A DNA stretch of 64,000 nucleotides from Acidimicrobiia bacterium (lineage in GTDB: Bacteria; Actinomycetota; Acidimicrobiia; Acidimicrobiales; JANYDT01): positions 21,354 through 85,353 of the forward strand of contig JANPFX010000221.1 in the NCBI GenBank assembly GCA_031423635.1, in the 5' to 3' direction. Of the stretch, positions 28,940-39,431 are shown piece by piece. Positions within the stretch are counted from its first letter, which is position 1; each line of letters starts with the position of its first letter. The notes under the pieces were generated by a model, which had not been told where the DNA came from, did no database searches, and saw only the letters and a program-made list of their open reading frames with translations. The position numbers and the translations under genes were made by a program.

Positions 28940-29395
28940 TTGGCCATGCCCTCGTGGACTCCGAATTGGAACCCGGTCGTGATCGACGAGGTCGGCCTGC
29001 TCGACGCAATCGCCGACTGTGCGGCTGCTATCGCGTCGATCGAGGACGGTCACGACGCGCTGGAGCCTTTTGTGGTCCGCGCCCGTGACCAGTGGGAAGG
29101 GCCCGCTCGTCTCGATTTCGAGGATGACTACACATCCTTCGAGCGACAGGTCGGAGCGGTGATCGCCGAATTGAGGCAGGCTTCGCTGGGTTTGCAACGC
29201 GAGATCGCCGAGGCGCATGAAGAACAAGCGCGTCGTTGGGTCCAGCAGGAGCGGTGGAGGCAGGAGGAAGCGGCCGAAGATGCGGCTGCGATCGCCGAAC
29301 GAGAAGCGGGGAGACGACAACCGGTCGGCGAACGAGACAGCGCCGACGAGTTCCGGGTCGGCGCGGATTCCCCGGGCGACGGCGACCTGATCTGA
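28940..29395 (+). CDS. Hypothetical acidic helical protein with WXG-like motif
   Basis: 151 aa. Predicted helical, W52-E-G54-P-A-x3-F resembles the WXG100 hairpin motif. C-terminal E/R/Q/A-rich charged segment. Start 28940 or 28946. Confidence 0.5.
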   Translation: MAMPSWTPNWNPVVIDEVGLLDAIADCAAAIASIEDGHDALEPFVVRARDQWEGPARLDFEDDYTSFERQVGAVIAELRQASLGLQREIAEAHEEQARRWVQQERWRQEEAAEDAAAIAEREAGRRQPVGERDSADEFRVGADSPGDGDLI

Positions 29396-29406
29396 TCCGG
29401 GCCGCT

Positions 29407-30666
<1,260 letters not shown>

Positions 30667-30683
30667 CTAGCCTTGCTGACCCT

Positions 30684-32264
30684 GTGGCACGCATCCTGGT
30701 AACTGAGTCCATCGCCGAAGGCGGATTGGAGCGACTTCGCAAGGCGGGGCACACCGTCGATGCGCAAGAGGGTCTCTCCCCCGTTGAGCTGAACGACGCG
30801 ATCGTCGGCGCACATGCTCTGATCATCCGATCGGCTACGAAGGTCACGGCTGATCTGCTCGAACACGCCGATGTTCTTGCCGTTGTCGGTCGGGCCGGAA
30901 TCGGTCTCGACAACGTTGATGTACCGGCCGCCACCCGACGCGGCGTCATGGTCGTGAACGCGCCGCAGTCGAATGTGGTCTCCGCCGCCGAACAGGCCAT
31001 GGCGCTCTTGCTGGCCACGGCCCGCAACCTCGCCCAGGCCCACAGCGCGCTGAAGAATGGCAAATGGGAACGCTCGAAATGGGAGGGGGTCGAGCTCTAC
31101 GGCAAGACGATCTCGATCATCGGCCTCGGCCGGGTCGGGGCGCTTGTTGCCGAGCGCTGCGCAGCTTTCGGGATGCGCGTGATCGCGTTCGATCCGTACA
31201 TTTCTCATGATCGTGCCGCCGCTCTCGGCGCAGAGCTGCACACCCTCGAAGAGTGCGTGCGTCAGTCCGACTTCATGTCGGTCCATCTCCCGAAGACCAA
31301 GGAGACGAACGGCATCATCGGGGCGGCCATGCTCAAGTTGGCGAAGGTGGACCTCCGAATCGTGAACACGGCTCGCGGCGGCATCGTCGACGAGGTCGCG
31401 CTCTATGACGCCGTGAAGTCCGGCCAGATCGCCGGTGCGGGTCTCGACGTGTTCAGTGACGAGCCCTGCACCGACTCGCCGCTCTTCACCCTCGACCGAG
31501 TGGTTGTCACCCCGCACCTCGGCGCGAGCACTCGTGAGGCGCAGGACAAGGCCGGCGACACGATTGCCGACATGGTCCAGTTGGCTCTCGCCGGCGACTT
31601 CGTGCCGTTCGCCGTCAATGTGGACGCCGCTGCGGCCAGCGAGACTATCCGCCCATACCTGCCGCTGGCCGAACGACTCGGGCTCCTCGTAGCCGGCCTC
31701 TGCCATGGAACGCCGTCCGAGTTGGCGATCACCTTTGCCGGCCAGATCGCCGACTACGACACACGCATCCTCCGCCTCGCCGTCCTCAAGGGTCTGCTCG
31801 GTGCCGTGCATGACGATCAGGTCACCTATGTCAACGCGCCGCAGCTTGCCGACGAGCGCTCGATGTCGGTCACCGAGACGAAGTCGTCGCTCTCACTCGA
31901 CTATCGCTCCAAGATCGAACTCCGCACGTCGTGCGGCCACTCCCTCGCCGGTACGATCGCCGGTCTCCGGATGGAGCCGCGCATTGTGATGGTTGACGAT
32001 CATGCGGTGGAAGTGCCGCCTTCGCGGCATCTGCTGGTCGTGCGCAACGACGATCGTCCAGGCATGATCGGCGCCGTCGGCGTCACACTCGCCAAGCACG
32101 AAGTGAACATTTCGAACATGGCACTGGGTCGCTCGGAGACGGGTGGGAGCGCCCTGATGATCCTCGACACCGACGACGCGGTGCCGACAGCCGCGCTCGA
32201 AGAACTTCGTTCGGTTGACGGCATCCTCGGGGTCGACCCGATCGATGAGGCTCTGCGGAACTGA
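30684..32264 (+). CDS. serA: D-3-phosphoglycerate dehydrogenase (long form with ASB and ACT domains)
   Basis: GTG 30684 (VARILVTESI...). GLGRVGALVAERCAAFGM NAD motif. C-terminal ACT region. 526 aa, like SerA1. Confidence 0.9.
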   Translation: MARILVTESIAEGGLERLRKAGHTVDAQEGLSPVELNDAIVGAHALIIRSATKVTADLLEHADVLAVVGRAGIGLDNVDVPAATRRGVMVVNAPQSNVVSAAEQAMALLLATARNLAQAHSALKNGKWERSKWEGVELYGKTISIIGLGRVGALVAERCAAFGMRVIAFDPYISHDRAAALGAELHTLEECVRQSDFMSVHLPKTKETNGIIGAAMLKLAKVDLRIVNTARGGIVDEVALYDAVKSGQIAGAGLDVFSDEPCTDSPLFTLDRVVVTPHLGASTREAQDKAGDTIADMVQLALAGDFVPFAVNVDAAAASETIRPYLPLAERLGLLVAGLCHGTPSELAITFAGQIADYDTRILRLAVLKGLLGAVHDDQVTYVNAPQLADERSMSVTETKSSLSLDYRSKIELRTSCGHSLAGTIAGLRMEPRIVMVDDHAVEVPPSRHLLVVRNDDRPGMIGAVGVTLAKHEVNISNMALGRSETGGSALMILDTDDAVPTAALEELRSVDGILGVDPIDEALRN

Positions 32265-32323
32265 CGGCGACGCGGACGACCGCCCCGGAGTGTGCTCCGA
32301 GGCGGTCGCCGATCGAACATCTC

Positions 32324-32758
32324 TCAGTGGGAGAAGCGGGTACCGTTCGCTTCGCGGAGCCGCTCCGACATCGCCGACAAGAGCTTCATCGAGAGGCCGG
32401 GGATGTGGGCAAGAGCAGTGGAGAACTGCGACGGCCCGAGAACCAGCAGGGTGGCATCGGTGATCGCGGTGACCGTGGCCGAGCGGGGCCGCTTGTCGAT
32501 GGGGGCGAACTCACCGAAGTGCGATCCCGCCCCGAGGGTCGTCACGAGGTTGCCGTCGATCTCGACCTTGAGCGATCCGTCGTGCACGACGTAGCACTCG
32601 AACCCGGTCGAACCCTGGCGCACAATGACTTTGCCGGCCGACACCTCGACCTCGTCGCAGAGGCTGGCGAGTTCCTTCAATTCCTTCTGGGTACAGGACG
32701 AGAACAGCGGGACGGCTGCGAGGTGCGTGAGTTTGTCGGTCTTCGATGGCTTCGCCAT
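32324..32758 (-). CDS. Stand-alone cyclic-nucleotide-binding domain protein
   Basis: 144 aa. VIVRQGSTGFECYVVHDGSLKV...GAGSHFGEFAPIDKRPRSATVTA matches the CAP-effector-domain pattern (FGE...RSA). No output domain. Confidence 0.8.
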   Translation of the reverse strand: MAKPSKTDKLTHLAAVPLFSSCTQKELKELASLCDEVEVSAGKVIVRQGSTGFECYVVHDGSLKVEIDGNLVTTLGAGSHFGEFAPIDKRPRSATVTAITDATLLVLGPSQFSTALAHIPGLSMKLLSAMSERLREANGTRFSH

Positions 32759-32954
32759 GGCTGCTCCGTGTGGTTCGGTGTGATGGTCGTCCCATCATGG
32801 CCCACAAGCTGCGCTGATTTCCTCTCCGGATCGCGGATTCCTCGGTTCGCTCGGGCTCCCTGTCGTTTCCGGCGTGGCGTGGGCGGATTCCGTCGTTGAC
32901 GTCGGTGCGTTCCTCCGCAATGCTGCACGGATTCATCTACCCGGAGGACAAACC

Positions 32955-33332
32955 ATGACTCGTGCCAGCTTCGGCAAGAGATTTCTTGCCGCACTTCTCG
33001 ACGGAATCATCGTCGGGGTGGTGGGCGCCATCCTCGGAGCGATCCTCGGAGGCGGAGCAGCGGGTCAGGCGCTGTCCACGGCGATCGGTCTCGGGTACTA
33101 CATCTACTTCGAAGGTGGCCAGGGCGCCACGCTCGGCAAGAAAGCTCTGGGGCTTCGCGTCGTGTCCACCTCGGGTTCGTCGCCGATCGGGTACGGGTCG
33201 GCCGCCGTCCGCTACGTCGGGCGTATCGTCTCGGCAATCCCGTTGGGTCTCGGATACTTCTGGATGTTGTGGGACAAGGACAAGCAGACCTGGCACGACA
33301 AGATGGCCTCGACCTACGTCGTGAACGTCTGA
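32955..33332 (+). CDS. RDD-family membrane protein
   Basis: ATG 32955 with GGAGGA RBS. FGKRFLAALLDGIIV and WHDKMASTYVV motifs. 125 aa. Confidence 0.75.
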   Translation: MTRASFGKRFLAALLDGIIVGVVGAILGAILGGGAAGQALSTAIGLGYYIYFEGGQGATLGKKALGLRVVSTSGSSPIGYGSAAVRYVGRIVSAIPLGLGYFWMLWDKDKQTWHDKMASTYVVNV

Positions 33333-33342
33333 CCACTCCTTC

Positions 33343-33403
33343 GGGTGCCGCGGCACCCCGGTTGTCGCGATTCCTGCCCGGGCCAACGTGTCCCGGGCAG
33401 TTT
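33343..33403. terminator. Two GC-rich hairpins between convergent genes (bidirectional terminators)
   Basis: Palindrome GGGTGCCGCGGCACCC (33343-33358). 9-bp stem CTGCCCGGG / CCCGGGCAG (33374-33400) followed by TTT. Confidence 0.65.
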
Positions 33404-33415
33404 CGCGTCGGAGGG

Positions 33416-34888
33416 TCAGAGGTTTCGTTTCGCCCAGCGGTGTAGGCGGACGATGAACACGACCGCTCCGAGCGACAGCACCAGGGACACGATGTGCGAG
33501 GCGCGGTAGCCGGCAGCGATTGCCGACCTCGCGAGGTTGCTCACTTCGGTGTTCTCGCCTTTGAGGAGCGGTCGGATCTCCTCGAGGTTTCCGACGCGGT
33601 GGCGGATCACGCCGAACAGCACGCCGCTCACGGCGGCCACGCCGACGGTCGATCCGAGGTTGCGCAGGAACTGGTGGGCGGCGCTGGTCCGGCCCATGTC
33701 GGCGGCGTCGGCCGACCGTTGTAGGAGCGTGAGACCGGCGTTGGTCACCGCACCGATGCCGCACCCCTGGAGGAACGACATTGCCGCGACGACGGCGACC
33801 GGGGTAGACGTCGAGCTGTAGACCGCGAGGCCGGTGACCAGCGGTGGAATCGTGAGCAGGCCGCCGGCAAGCATCACCTGGGTGTTCGTGAAACGATCGA
33901 GCAGGCGGCTGACGACGATCGATGCCGTTGTCCATCCGAGGGCCATGAAGGTGACGGAGAATGCGGCGATTTCTCGTGACCGTCCGAGCGCTCCGGTCAC
34001 GTAGAACGGCACGAACCCTTCCACGGCGAGTCCGCCGGCGAACAACAGGAACACGGCGATGTTGATCGCCGCGAAGGGGGGTTTGGTGAGATGACGGAGT
34101 TCGAGAATCGGTGAGGCCGCGCGCCGCGCGTGCCTCCAGTAGGCCCCGCCGAAAACGAGGGCGGCGGCGATGGGGAGCGCGGCCGTTGCATTGAACTCGG
34201 TGGCGCCCACGAGCAGCAGAGTCAGGAAGGTGCCGAGCAGAACGAGCCCGCGGAGGTCGAACGAAACTGATGCTCCTTCGCGCTTTCCGGGCAGTCGGTT
34301 CCAGCCGATGAACGCCGCGAAGAGTGTGAGAGGAATGTTGACGGCAAACACGGCGCGCCATCCGAGCGGGGTCCGGACGAGCGCCGCGGCGAGCGCTGGG
34401 CCGGCAAAGGACATCACACCCCACACGGTGGAGTTCGCGGCGAATGCCCGGCTCCGAAGGTGCTCCGGGAAGGTGACGCCGACTGCGGCCAGGGCCACAG
34501 CAACGACGAGCCCGCCGCCCATTCCCTGCACGGTGCGGGCGAGGATCAACGTCTCCATCGTCGGTGCAAAGCAGCACGCCGTGCTGGAGAGGAGAAACGT
34601 AACGAGCGTGAATCGGTACACCCGGGCGAGGCCCAGCCCGTCGATCAACGGCCCGGAAGCGAGCGCGGCGATCGTGAGGGTCAGGGTGAAGGCCGTGAAG
34701 ACCCACGGCAGCAGACGAACCCGCCCAAGATCACCGGCGATGGTGCTCTGCACGGCGGTGACGCCCAGTCCGTCGAAGGCCGACAACGAGATCGCCGTGA
34801 GGGTCGAGATGGTGATGGACCGGTACTGCGCCGAGAACACCGACTTCGCGGCACGCTCGGCGCTCGCCTCCGTCGTCACCGGCGTCAC
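33416..34888 (-). CDS. MFS transporter, 14-TMS drug:H+ antiporter (DHA2)-like
   Basis: 490 aa. Many TM segments and the motif region LARTVQGMGGG. GTGA overlap with the upstream HAD gene. Confidence 0.8.
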   Translation of the reverse strand: MTPVTTEASAERAAKSVFSAQYRSITISTLTAISLSAFDGLGVTAVQSTIAGDLGRVRLLPWVFTAFTLTLTIAALASGPLIDGLGLARVYRFTLVTFLLSSTACCFAPTMETLILARTVQGMGGGLVVAVALAAVGVTFPEHLRSRAFAANSTVWGVMSFAGPALAAALVRTPLGWRAVFAVNIPLTLFAAFIGWNRLPGKREGASVSFDLRGLVLLGTFLTLLLVGATEFNATAALPIAAALVFGGAYWRHARRAASPILELRHLTKPPFAAINIAVFLLFAGGLAVEGFVPFYVTGALGRSREIAAFSVTFMALGWTTASIVVSRLLDRFTNTQVMLAGGLLTIPPLVTGLAVYSSTSTPVAVVAAMSFLQGCGIGAVTNAGLTLLQRSADAADMGRTSAAHQFLRNLGSTVGVAAVSGVLFGVIRHRVGNLEEIRPLLKGENTEVSNLARSAIAAGYRASHIVSLVLSLGAVVFIVRLHRWAKRNL

Positions 34889-35700
34889 GTCTCGTCGGCG
34901 GCGAGCTCACGCTCGAGTACCACAGCTACTCCGTCGTCGTCGTTCGAAACGGTGATCTCGTCGGCAGCCTGCTTGGTCACCGGATGCGCGTTGTCCATGG
35001 CGACCCCGTGGCCCGCCCACGCGAGCATGTCGACGTCGTTTGGCATATCGCCGAACGCGATGACGTCTTGCTGCGATGCGTCGAAGTGATGGGCGATCCG
35101 CTCGAGGGCGTCGGCTTTGGTGACGCCGAAGGGCATGAGCTCGATGAGCGAGTTTGGTCCGAGGTCATCGCCCATGGACCCATAGGTCACGGTGGCAAGG
35201 TCTCCGATCGCCGCGATCAGGGCGCCAAGCAGGTCGACGTCCATCGCGGGATGCCGGAACATGATCTTCGTGAGCTGCCCGTCGAGGAGTTTCTCGAGTG
35301 GCGCCTCGCGAGCTTCGCGTCCATGCGCGAACACGGCCTTGTAGCCGGGAATGTGGCCGAAACCGGACGGACCGTCGACAGCGAACGAGGCATCGGGCAG
35401 TATGGCGCGGATGGCGTCGGCAGCAGCGAGGGCGGTCGTTCGCTGGTGGAGCCGTTGATCAACGACCCGCTCATCGGTGAGATCGATGACCATGGCCCCG
35501 TTCGAGCACACGGCCAGACCCTGGTGACCGGTCATCTCGGCAATCGGGTGGACCCAACGCGGCGGGCGGCCGGTGGCCAGCACGAAGGTCGAACCGCCTG
35601 CGACGACGCGGTCGAGCACCACCTTGGTCCGAGGGGCCAGCGACCCGTCGGATCGTATGAGCGTCCCGTCGATGTCAGACGCAACCACCCGAAAACGCAC
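34885..35700 (-). CDS. HAD-family hydrolase, Cof-type
   Basis: 271 aa. DIDGTL (motif I) and GDMPNDVDML (motif IV). GTG start. Confidence 0.8.
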   Translation of the reverse strand: MRFRVVASDIDGTLIRSDGSLAPRTKVVLDRVVAGGSTFVLATGRPPRWVHPIAEMTGHQGLAVCSNGAMVIDLTDERVVDQRLHQRTTALAAADAIRAILPDASFAVDGPSGFGHIPGYKAVFAHGREAREAPLEKLLDGQLTKIMFRHPAMDVDLLGALIAAIGDLATVTYGSMGDDLGPNSLIELMPFGVTKADALERIAHHFDASQQDVIAFGDMPNDVDMLAWAGHGVAMDNAHPVTKQAADEITVSNDDDGVAVVLERELAADET

Positions 35701-35756
35701 CCTTTCACGGTAGACGCTTGTCGGTGAACCGGGCGCTCGCTCGTTGAGGGCAGCCC

Positions 35757-35879
35757 GGTCAGCTCGTCGCGGTGGGTCAGCCCCTGGGTCAGCTCAGCGC
35801 TTTGGGTCGGGACGTCTGCACTTTTGGCACGTGTGCACTTTTGGCACGAATCCCGACCCAACGACGTCAGCTGACCCAG
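35757..35879. repeat. Nested inverted repeats with a central tandem 15-mer and multiple GGTCAGC half-sites
   Basis: Outer arms CTGGGTCAGCT (35784-35794) / AGCTGACCCAG (35869-35879). Inner arms TTGGGTCGGGA (35802-35812) / TCCCGACCCAA (35851-35861). Centre TGCACTTTTGGCACG x2 (35817-35831, 35834-35848). GGTCAGC also at 35757 and 35775. Confidence 0.85.
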
Positions 35880-35889
35880 AATCGCCGGG

Positions 35890-36237
35890 TCACGCCGAAG
35901 GCTCGGCGTATTCTCGGAATGCGGACAACGCTCGCGGCCCGTAGACGGTTCCAGGTCCTCCGTTCATGACGATTGCGACGCCGATGGTCTCGGCAACCTC
36001 GGCCTCGGTTGCGCCGGTCCGAGCCGCTCCGCGAGCGTGTGCGGCGATGCAGCCGTCGCACTGCTTGGAGATGGCGATGGCCAAGGAGATCAGTTCTTTC
36101 GTCTTCGCCGAGAGCACCCCGTCCTTCATCGCGGCGGCGTGGAGTTCAGCGAAGCCTTTCATCACATCGGGAATGTCCTCACGGAGGGCGCGAGCCGGGG
36201 CGCGGAGCTCGTCTTGAATCTGGCGGGCGGAGTCCAT
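35890..36237 (-). CDS. Carboxymuconolactone decarboxylase / AhpD-like family protein
   Basis: 115 aa. CDGCIAAH (CxxC-x2-H) motif. Confidence 0.8.
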   Translation of the reverse strand: MDSARQIQDELRAPARALREDIPDVMKGFAELHAAAMKDGVLSAKTKELISLAIAISKQCDGCIAAHARGAARTGATEAEVAETIGVAIVMNGGPGTVYGPRALSAFREYAEPSA

Positions 36238-36359
36238 CTCAGCAGTCTTGCGGGTTCCGTGCCATCTCCGACGGTTTGGTAGCCGCGGTTGGTTCGTAGA
36301 CTCCCTGGTGACGCAGAACAGCGTTCCTCTGGTCGGAACGCATCGGAAAGAGACTCGCC

Positions 36360-37514
36360 ATGGATTTCGAACTGTCAGACGAACACCAGATGTTCCAGAA
36401 GACGATGCGTGACTTCGTCGACCGCGAGATCCGTCCTGTTGCCCGAGACTGGGAACACGAAGGTCGCTATCCGACCGAGATCGTCGAGAAGATGAAGCAA
36501 CTCGGGCTCTTCGGCATCACGATCCCGGGTACGTATGGCGGCATGGACGCCGACCTCGTGACGATGGCGATCGTGTTCGAGGAGATCTCCAAGGGGTGGA
36601 TGGGGATCGCCGGCATCCTCGGAAGCCACTCACTCGCCTGCAAGATGATCGTCAACCACGGCACCGAGGAGCAGAAGCTGCGCTGGCTGCCCGAACTGGC
36701 GACGGGTGTTCGCCGGACGTGCATCGCCCTGACGGAGCCGAACGCCGGAACCGACCTCCAGCGCATCCGGACCACAGCGAAGAAGGTCGACGGCGGCTAC
36801 ATCCTCAACGGCACGAAGATGTGGATCACCAACGCCCGCTACGCGAACCCGATGCCGGTTCTGTGCAAGACCGATCCGACCACCACGCCTCCGCACAAAG
36901 GGATGAGCGTGCTGATGGTCGAGCAGGGCTCAGCCGGCATGACCGTGACGAAAGACATCGGCAAGCTCGGCTACAAGGGCACGGAGAGTTGCGAAGTCGT
37001 CTTCGAAGACTGCTTCGTCCCTGAGGATTGTCTGCTCGGCGGTTACGAGGGCCGAGGAATGCAAATGGCCCTGGGCGCGCTCGAGGTCGGCCGGGTCAAC
37101 ATCGCTGCGCGATCCGTTGGTATCGCTCAGGCGGCGCTCGATCAGGCGCTGCGCTATACGAAGGATCGCGAGGCCTTCGGACAGTCGATCAACAATTTCC
37201 AGGCTGTGCAGATGAAGCTCGGCGACATGGCCACGCAAGTGCAGGCGGCGCGCCTGCTCACGTGGTGGGCGGCGTGGCGGTCCGACAAAGGTATGCGCGC
37301 AGATATGGAGTCGGGCATGGCGAAACTGTTCGCTTCTGAAGTTGCCATCACCTGCTCACTCGACTCGATGAGGCTCCACGGTGGCTACGGCTATTCGACC
37401 GAGTTCGAGGTCGAGCGCCTCTATCGCGACGCGCCGCTGATGGCCATCGGTGAAGGCATGAACGACATCTTGAAGACGGTCATCGCAAAAGCGCTGATCG
37501 CCGAGTTGCACTGA
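36360..37514 (+). CDS. Acyl-CoA dehydrogenase
   Basis: 384 aa. ALTEPNAGTDL, GTKMWITNA and a C-terminal catalytic Glu region (MAIGEGMNDI). Typical ACAD layout. Confidence 0.9.
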   Translation: MDFELSDEHQMFQKTMRDFVDREIRPVARDWEHEGRYPTEIVEKMKQLGLFGITIPGTYGGMDADLVTMAIVFEEISKGWMGIAGILGSHSLACKMIVNHGTEEQKLRWLPELATGVRRTCIALTEPNAGTDLQRIRTTAKKVDGGYILNGTKMWITNARYANPMPVLCKTDPTTTPPHKGMSVLMVEQGSAGMTVTKDIGKLGYKGTESCEVVFEDCFVPEDCLLGGYEGRGMQMALGALEVGRVNIAARSVGIAQAALDQALRYTKDREAFGQSINNFQAVQMKLGDMATQVQAARLLTWWAAWRSDKGMRADMESGMAKLFASEVAITCSLDSMRLHGGYGYSTEFEVERLYRDAPLMAIGEGMNDILKTVIAKALIAELH

Positions 37515-37557
37515 TCCTTGTGCGGCCTCCGATGCGGGCGAAGGGGACTTTGGAGCG

Positions 37558-38541
37558 ATGCCGGTGATCGAGACGGTCGGACTGCGAAAGACCTTCCAGC
37601 CGAAAGGGCCCGGTGCCAAAAAGAAGGGTGCTGCCGTTGAGCCGATCGTGGCCGTCGACGGGATCAACCTGCGCGTCGACGCCGGCGAGATCTTCGGTCT
37701 GCTCGGCCCGAACGGTGCCGGAAAGAGCACGACGATCAAGATGCTCTCGACCCTCCTCGCTCCGTCCGGGGGCCAGGCCACTGTTGCCGGATTCTCGCTG
37801 GCAACGCAGCGGAACGAGATCCGACGGGTGATCGGTGTTGTCTCGCAGAGCGGTGGCCTCGACTCCGAGGAGACACCGATGCGAGAGCTCGTGCACCAGA
37901 GCGTGCTCTTCGGTCTCGATCGCCAGGCGGCCACGAAGCGGGTGAGGGAGTTGCTCGACCGCTTCGAGCTCGGAGCTGCGGCGAACCGGCAGATCAAGAC
38001 GTTGTCCGGCGGTCAGCGTCGCCGTGTCGACATCGCGCTCGGGCTCGTCCACGCCCCGAAGTTGCTCTTCCTCGACGAGCCGACCACGGGTCTCGACCCG
38101 CAGAGTCGTGCGAACCTGTGGGACGCAGTGCGCCGGCTGAGGAGCGAGGGGACAACCGTGCTCATCACGACCCACTACCTCGATGAGGCCGACGCGTTGT
38201 GCGACCGGCTCGCCATCGTCGATCACGGTCGGATCGTCGCCGAAGGAACGGCCGACGCGTTGAAAGCAGGAGTGGGCGGCGATGTGATCACGCTGCACCT
38301 GCCCGACCCTTCGGCAGCTGACGGCGTGATCCGATCGAATGGGTTGGCGACGCACATCGAGCGATTCGGCGACGATGCGCTCCGCCTCACCGTCGGACGC
38401 GGTGATTCGACGGTCGGTCCGCTCCTTCGACTGCTCGACGACGCCGGGATCGAGACGACCTCGCTCTCGACCGCGCGTCCGACCCTCGACGACGTCTTCC
38501 TTCGCCATACCGGTCGTTCCCTTCGCGACACGCCCGCCTGA
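37558..38541 (+). CDS. ABC transporter ATP-binding protein (DrrA/ABC-2 exporter type)
   Basis: 327 aa. GPNGAGKST, LSGGQRRRVDIALGL, LLFLDEPTTGLDP. Confidence 0.9.
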   Translation: MPVIETVGLRKTFQPKGPGAKKKGAAVEPIVAVDGINLRVDAGEIFGLLGPNGAGKSTTIKMLSTLLAPSGGQATVAGFSLATQRNEIRRVIGVVSQSGGLDSEETPMRELVHQSVLFGLDRQAATKRVRELLDRFELGAAANRQIKTLSGGQRRRVDIALGLVHAPKLLFLDEPTTGLDPQSRANLWDAVRRLRSEGTTVLITTHYLDEADALCDRLAIVDHGRIVAEGTADALKAGVGGDVITLHLPDPSAADGVIRSNGLATHIERFGDDALRLTVGRGDSTVGPLLRLLDDAGIETTSLSTARPTLDDVFLRHTGRSLRDTPA

Positions 38542-38572
38542 TTCCGCTGAAATCACGAAGGACCATCGCCAC

Positions 38573-39325
38573 ATGTTCCATGACGTTCGAACTGTCTTCA
38601 TCCGATCGATCACCCAAGTGCTCCGCAATCCCGTGTGGGTGGTGGTCACCTTGGTGCAACCGCTGTTCTATCTGCTGTTCTACGCGCCGCTCCTGAAGCG
38701 AACGATCGGGTCGGACCGGCTCAACGGCGGAAGTGCCTACGACATCTTCGTGCCGGGCCTCTTGATGCAGCTCGCCCTCTTCGGCACCGCCTTTGCCGGA
38801 TTCGGCCTCGTGTCCGAGCTCCGTGAAGGTGTCATCGAGCGCATGCTCGTCACCCCAGTTCGGCGGAGTGCACTGCTCATCGGGCGAGTGCTCGCCAACC
38901 TCGTTGCACTCGTGTTTCAGGCAACGGTCATCACGCTCGTGTCGTGGCCGATGGGTCTGAACCTCCGTCCATCGGCAATCCTCGGCGTACTCGTACTGCT
39001 TGGCGTAGGAATCACGTTCGCCTCGTTGTCTTACACCGTCAGCATGATCCTGGGGAATGAGGATGCCCTCGCCGGACTGCTCAACTTCGTGACCGTGCCG
39101 ATCTTGCTGCTCTCTGGCATGCTGCTTCCGCTCTCGCTCGGACCGAAGTGGTTGCAGCGGGTAGCGAACATCAATCCGCTCAAGCACGCCGTCGACGCTG
39201 CGCGCGACTTGTTCCGCGGCAACCTCACGACGTTCGCTGTCGGGCGCGGCGTCACCGTCGTGTTCGTCTGTTCGGCCGCCGCGCTGATCATCGGTACCCG
39301 AAAGTTCGAGCACTACGCCGATTGA
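38573..39325 (+). CDS. ABC-2-type transporter permease
   Basis: ATG 38573. 250 aa, six hydrophobic segments, follows the ATPase by 31 nt. Confidence 0.8.
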   Translation: MFHDVRTVFIRSITQVLRNPVWVVVTLVQPLFYLLFYAPLLKRTIGSDRLNGGSAYDIFVPGLLMQLALFGTAFAGFGLVSELREGVIERMLVTPVRRSALLIGRVLANLVALVFQATVITLVSWPMGLNLRPSAILGVLVLLGVGITFASLSYTVSMILGNEDALAGLLNFVTVPILLLSGMLLPLSLGPKWLQRVANINPLKHAVDAARDLFRGNLTTFAVGRGVTVVFVCSAAALIIGTRKFEHYAD

Positions 39326-39431
39326 TGGTCCGCCTCATGCGTCGGGGTCCGCGCGCCCGGCGCTGAGGGCCCAACATCCCTGCGAGGCGTTGTGCATATC
39401 GACCCTGTCGATTCCGATAGGGCTGCGCAGA

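Noticed and set aside
28940-29395. Calling the 151-aa protein a bona fide type VII secretion substrate
   Set aside because: A single W-x-G turn motif is weak evidence. No EccC/EssC, EccB or EccD genes and no partner Esx gene are nearby.
32937-34706. 589-aa minus-strand ORF (Arg/Pro-rich) spanning the RDD and MFS loci
   Set aside because: It is out of frame with the convincing 14-TMS MFS gene, runs antisense to the RDD gene, and its composition is not protein-like.
35817-35848. Sigma-54 (-24/-12) promoter suggested by the repeated TGGCAC
   Set aside because: No TTGC element sits at the required 4-5 nt spacing after TGGCACG. Actinomycetota generally lack RpoN.
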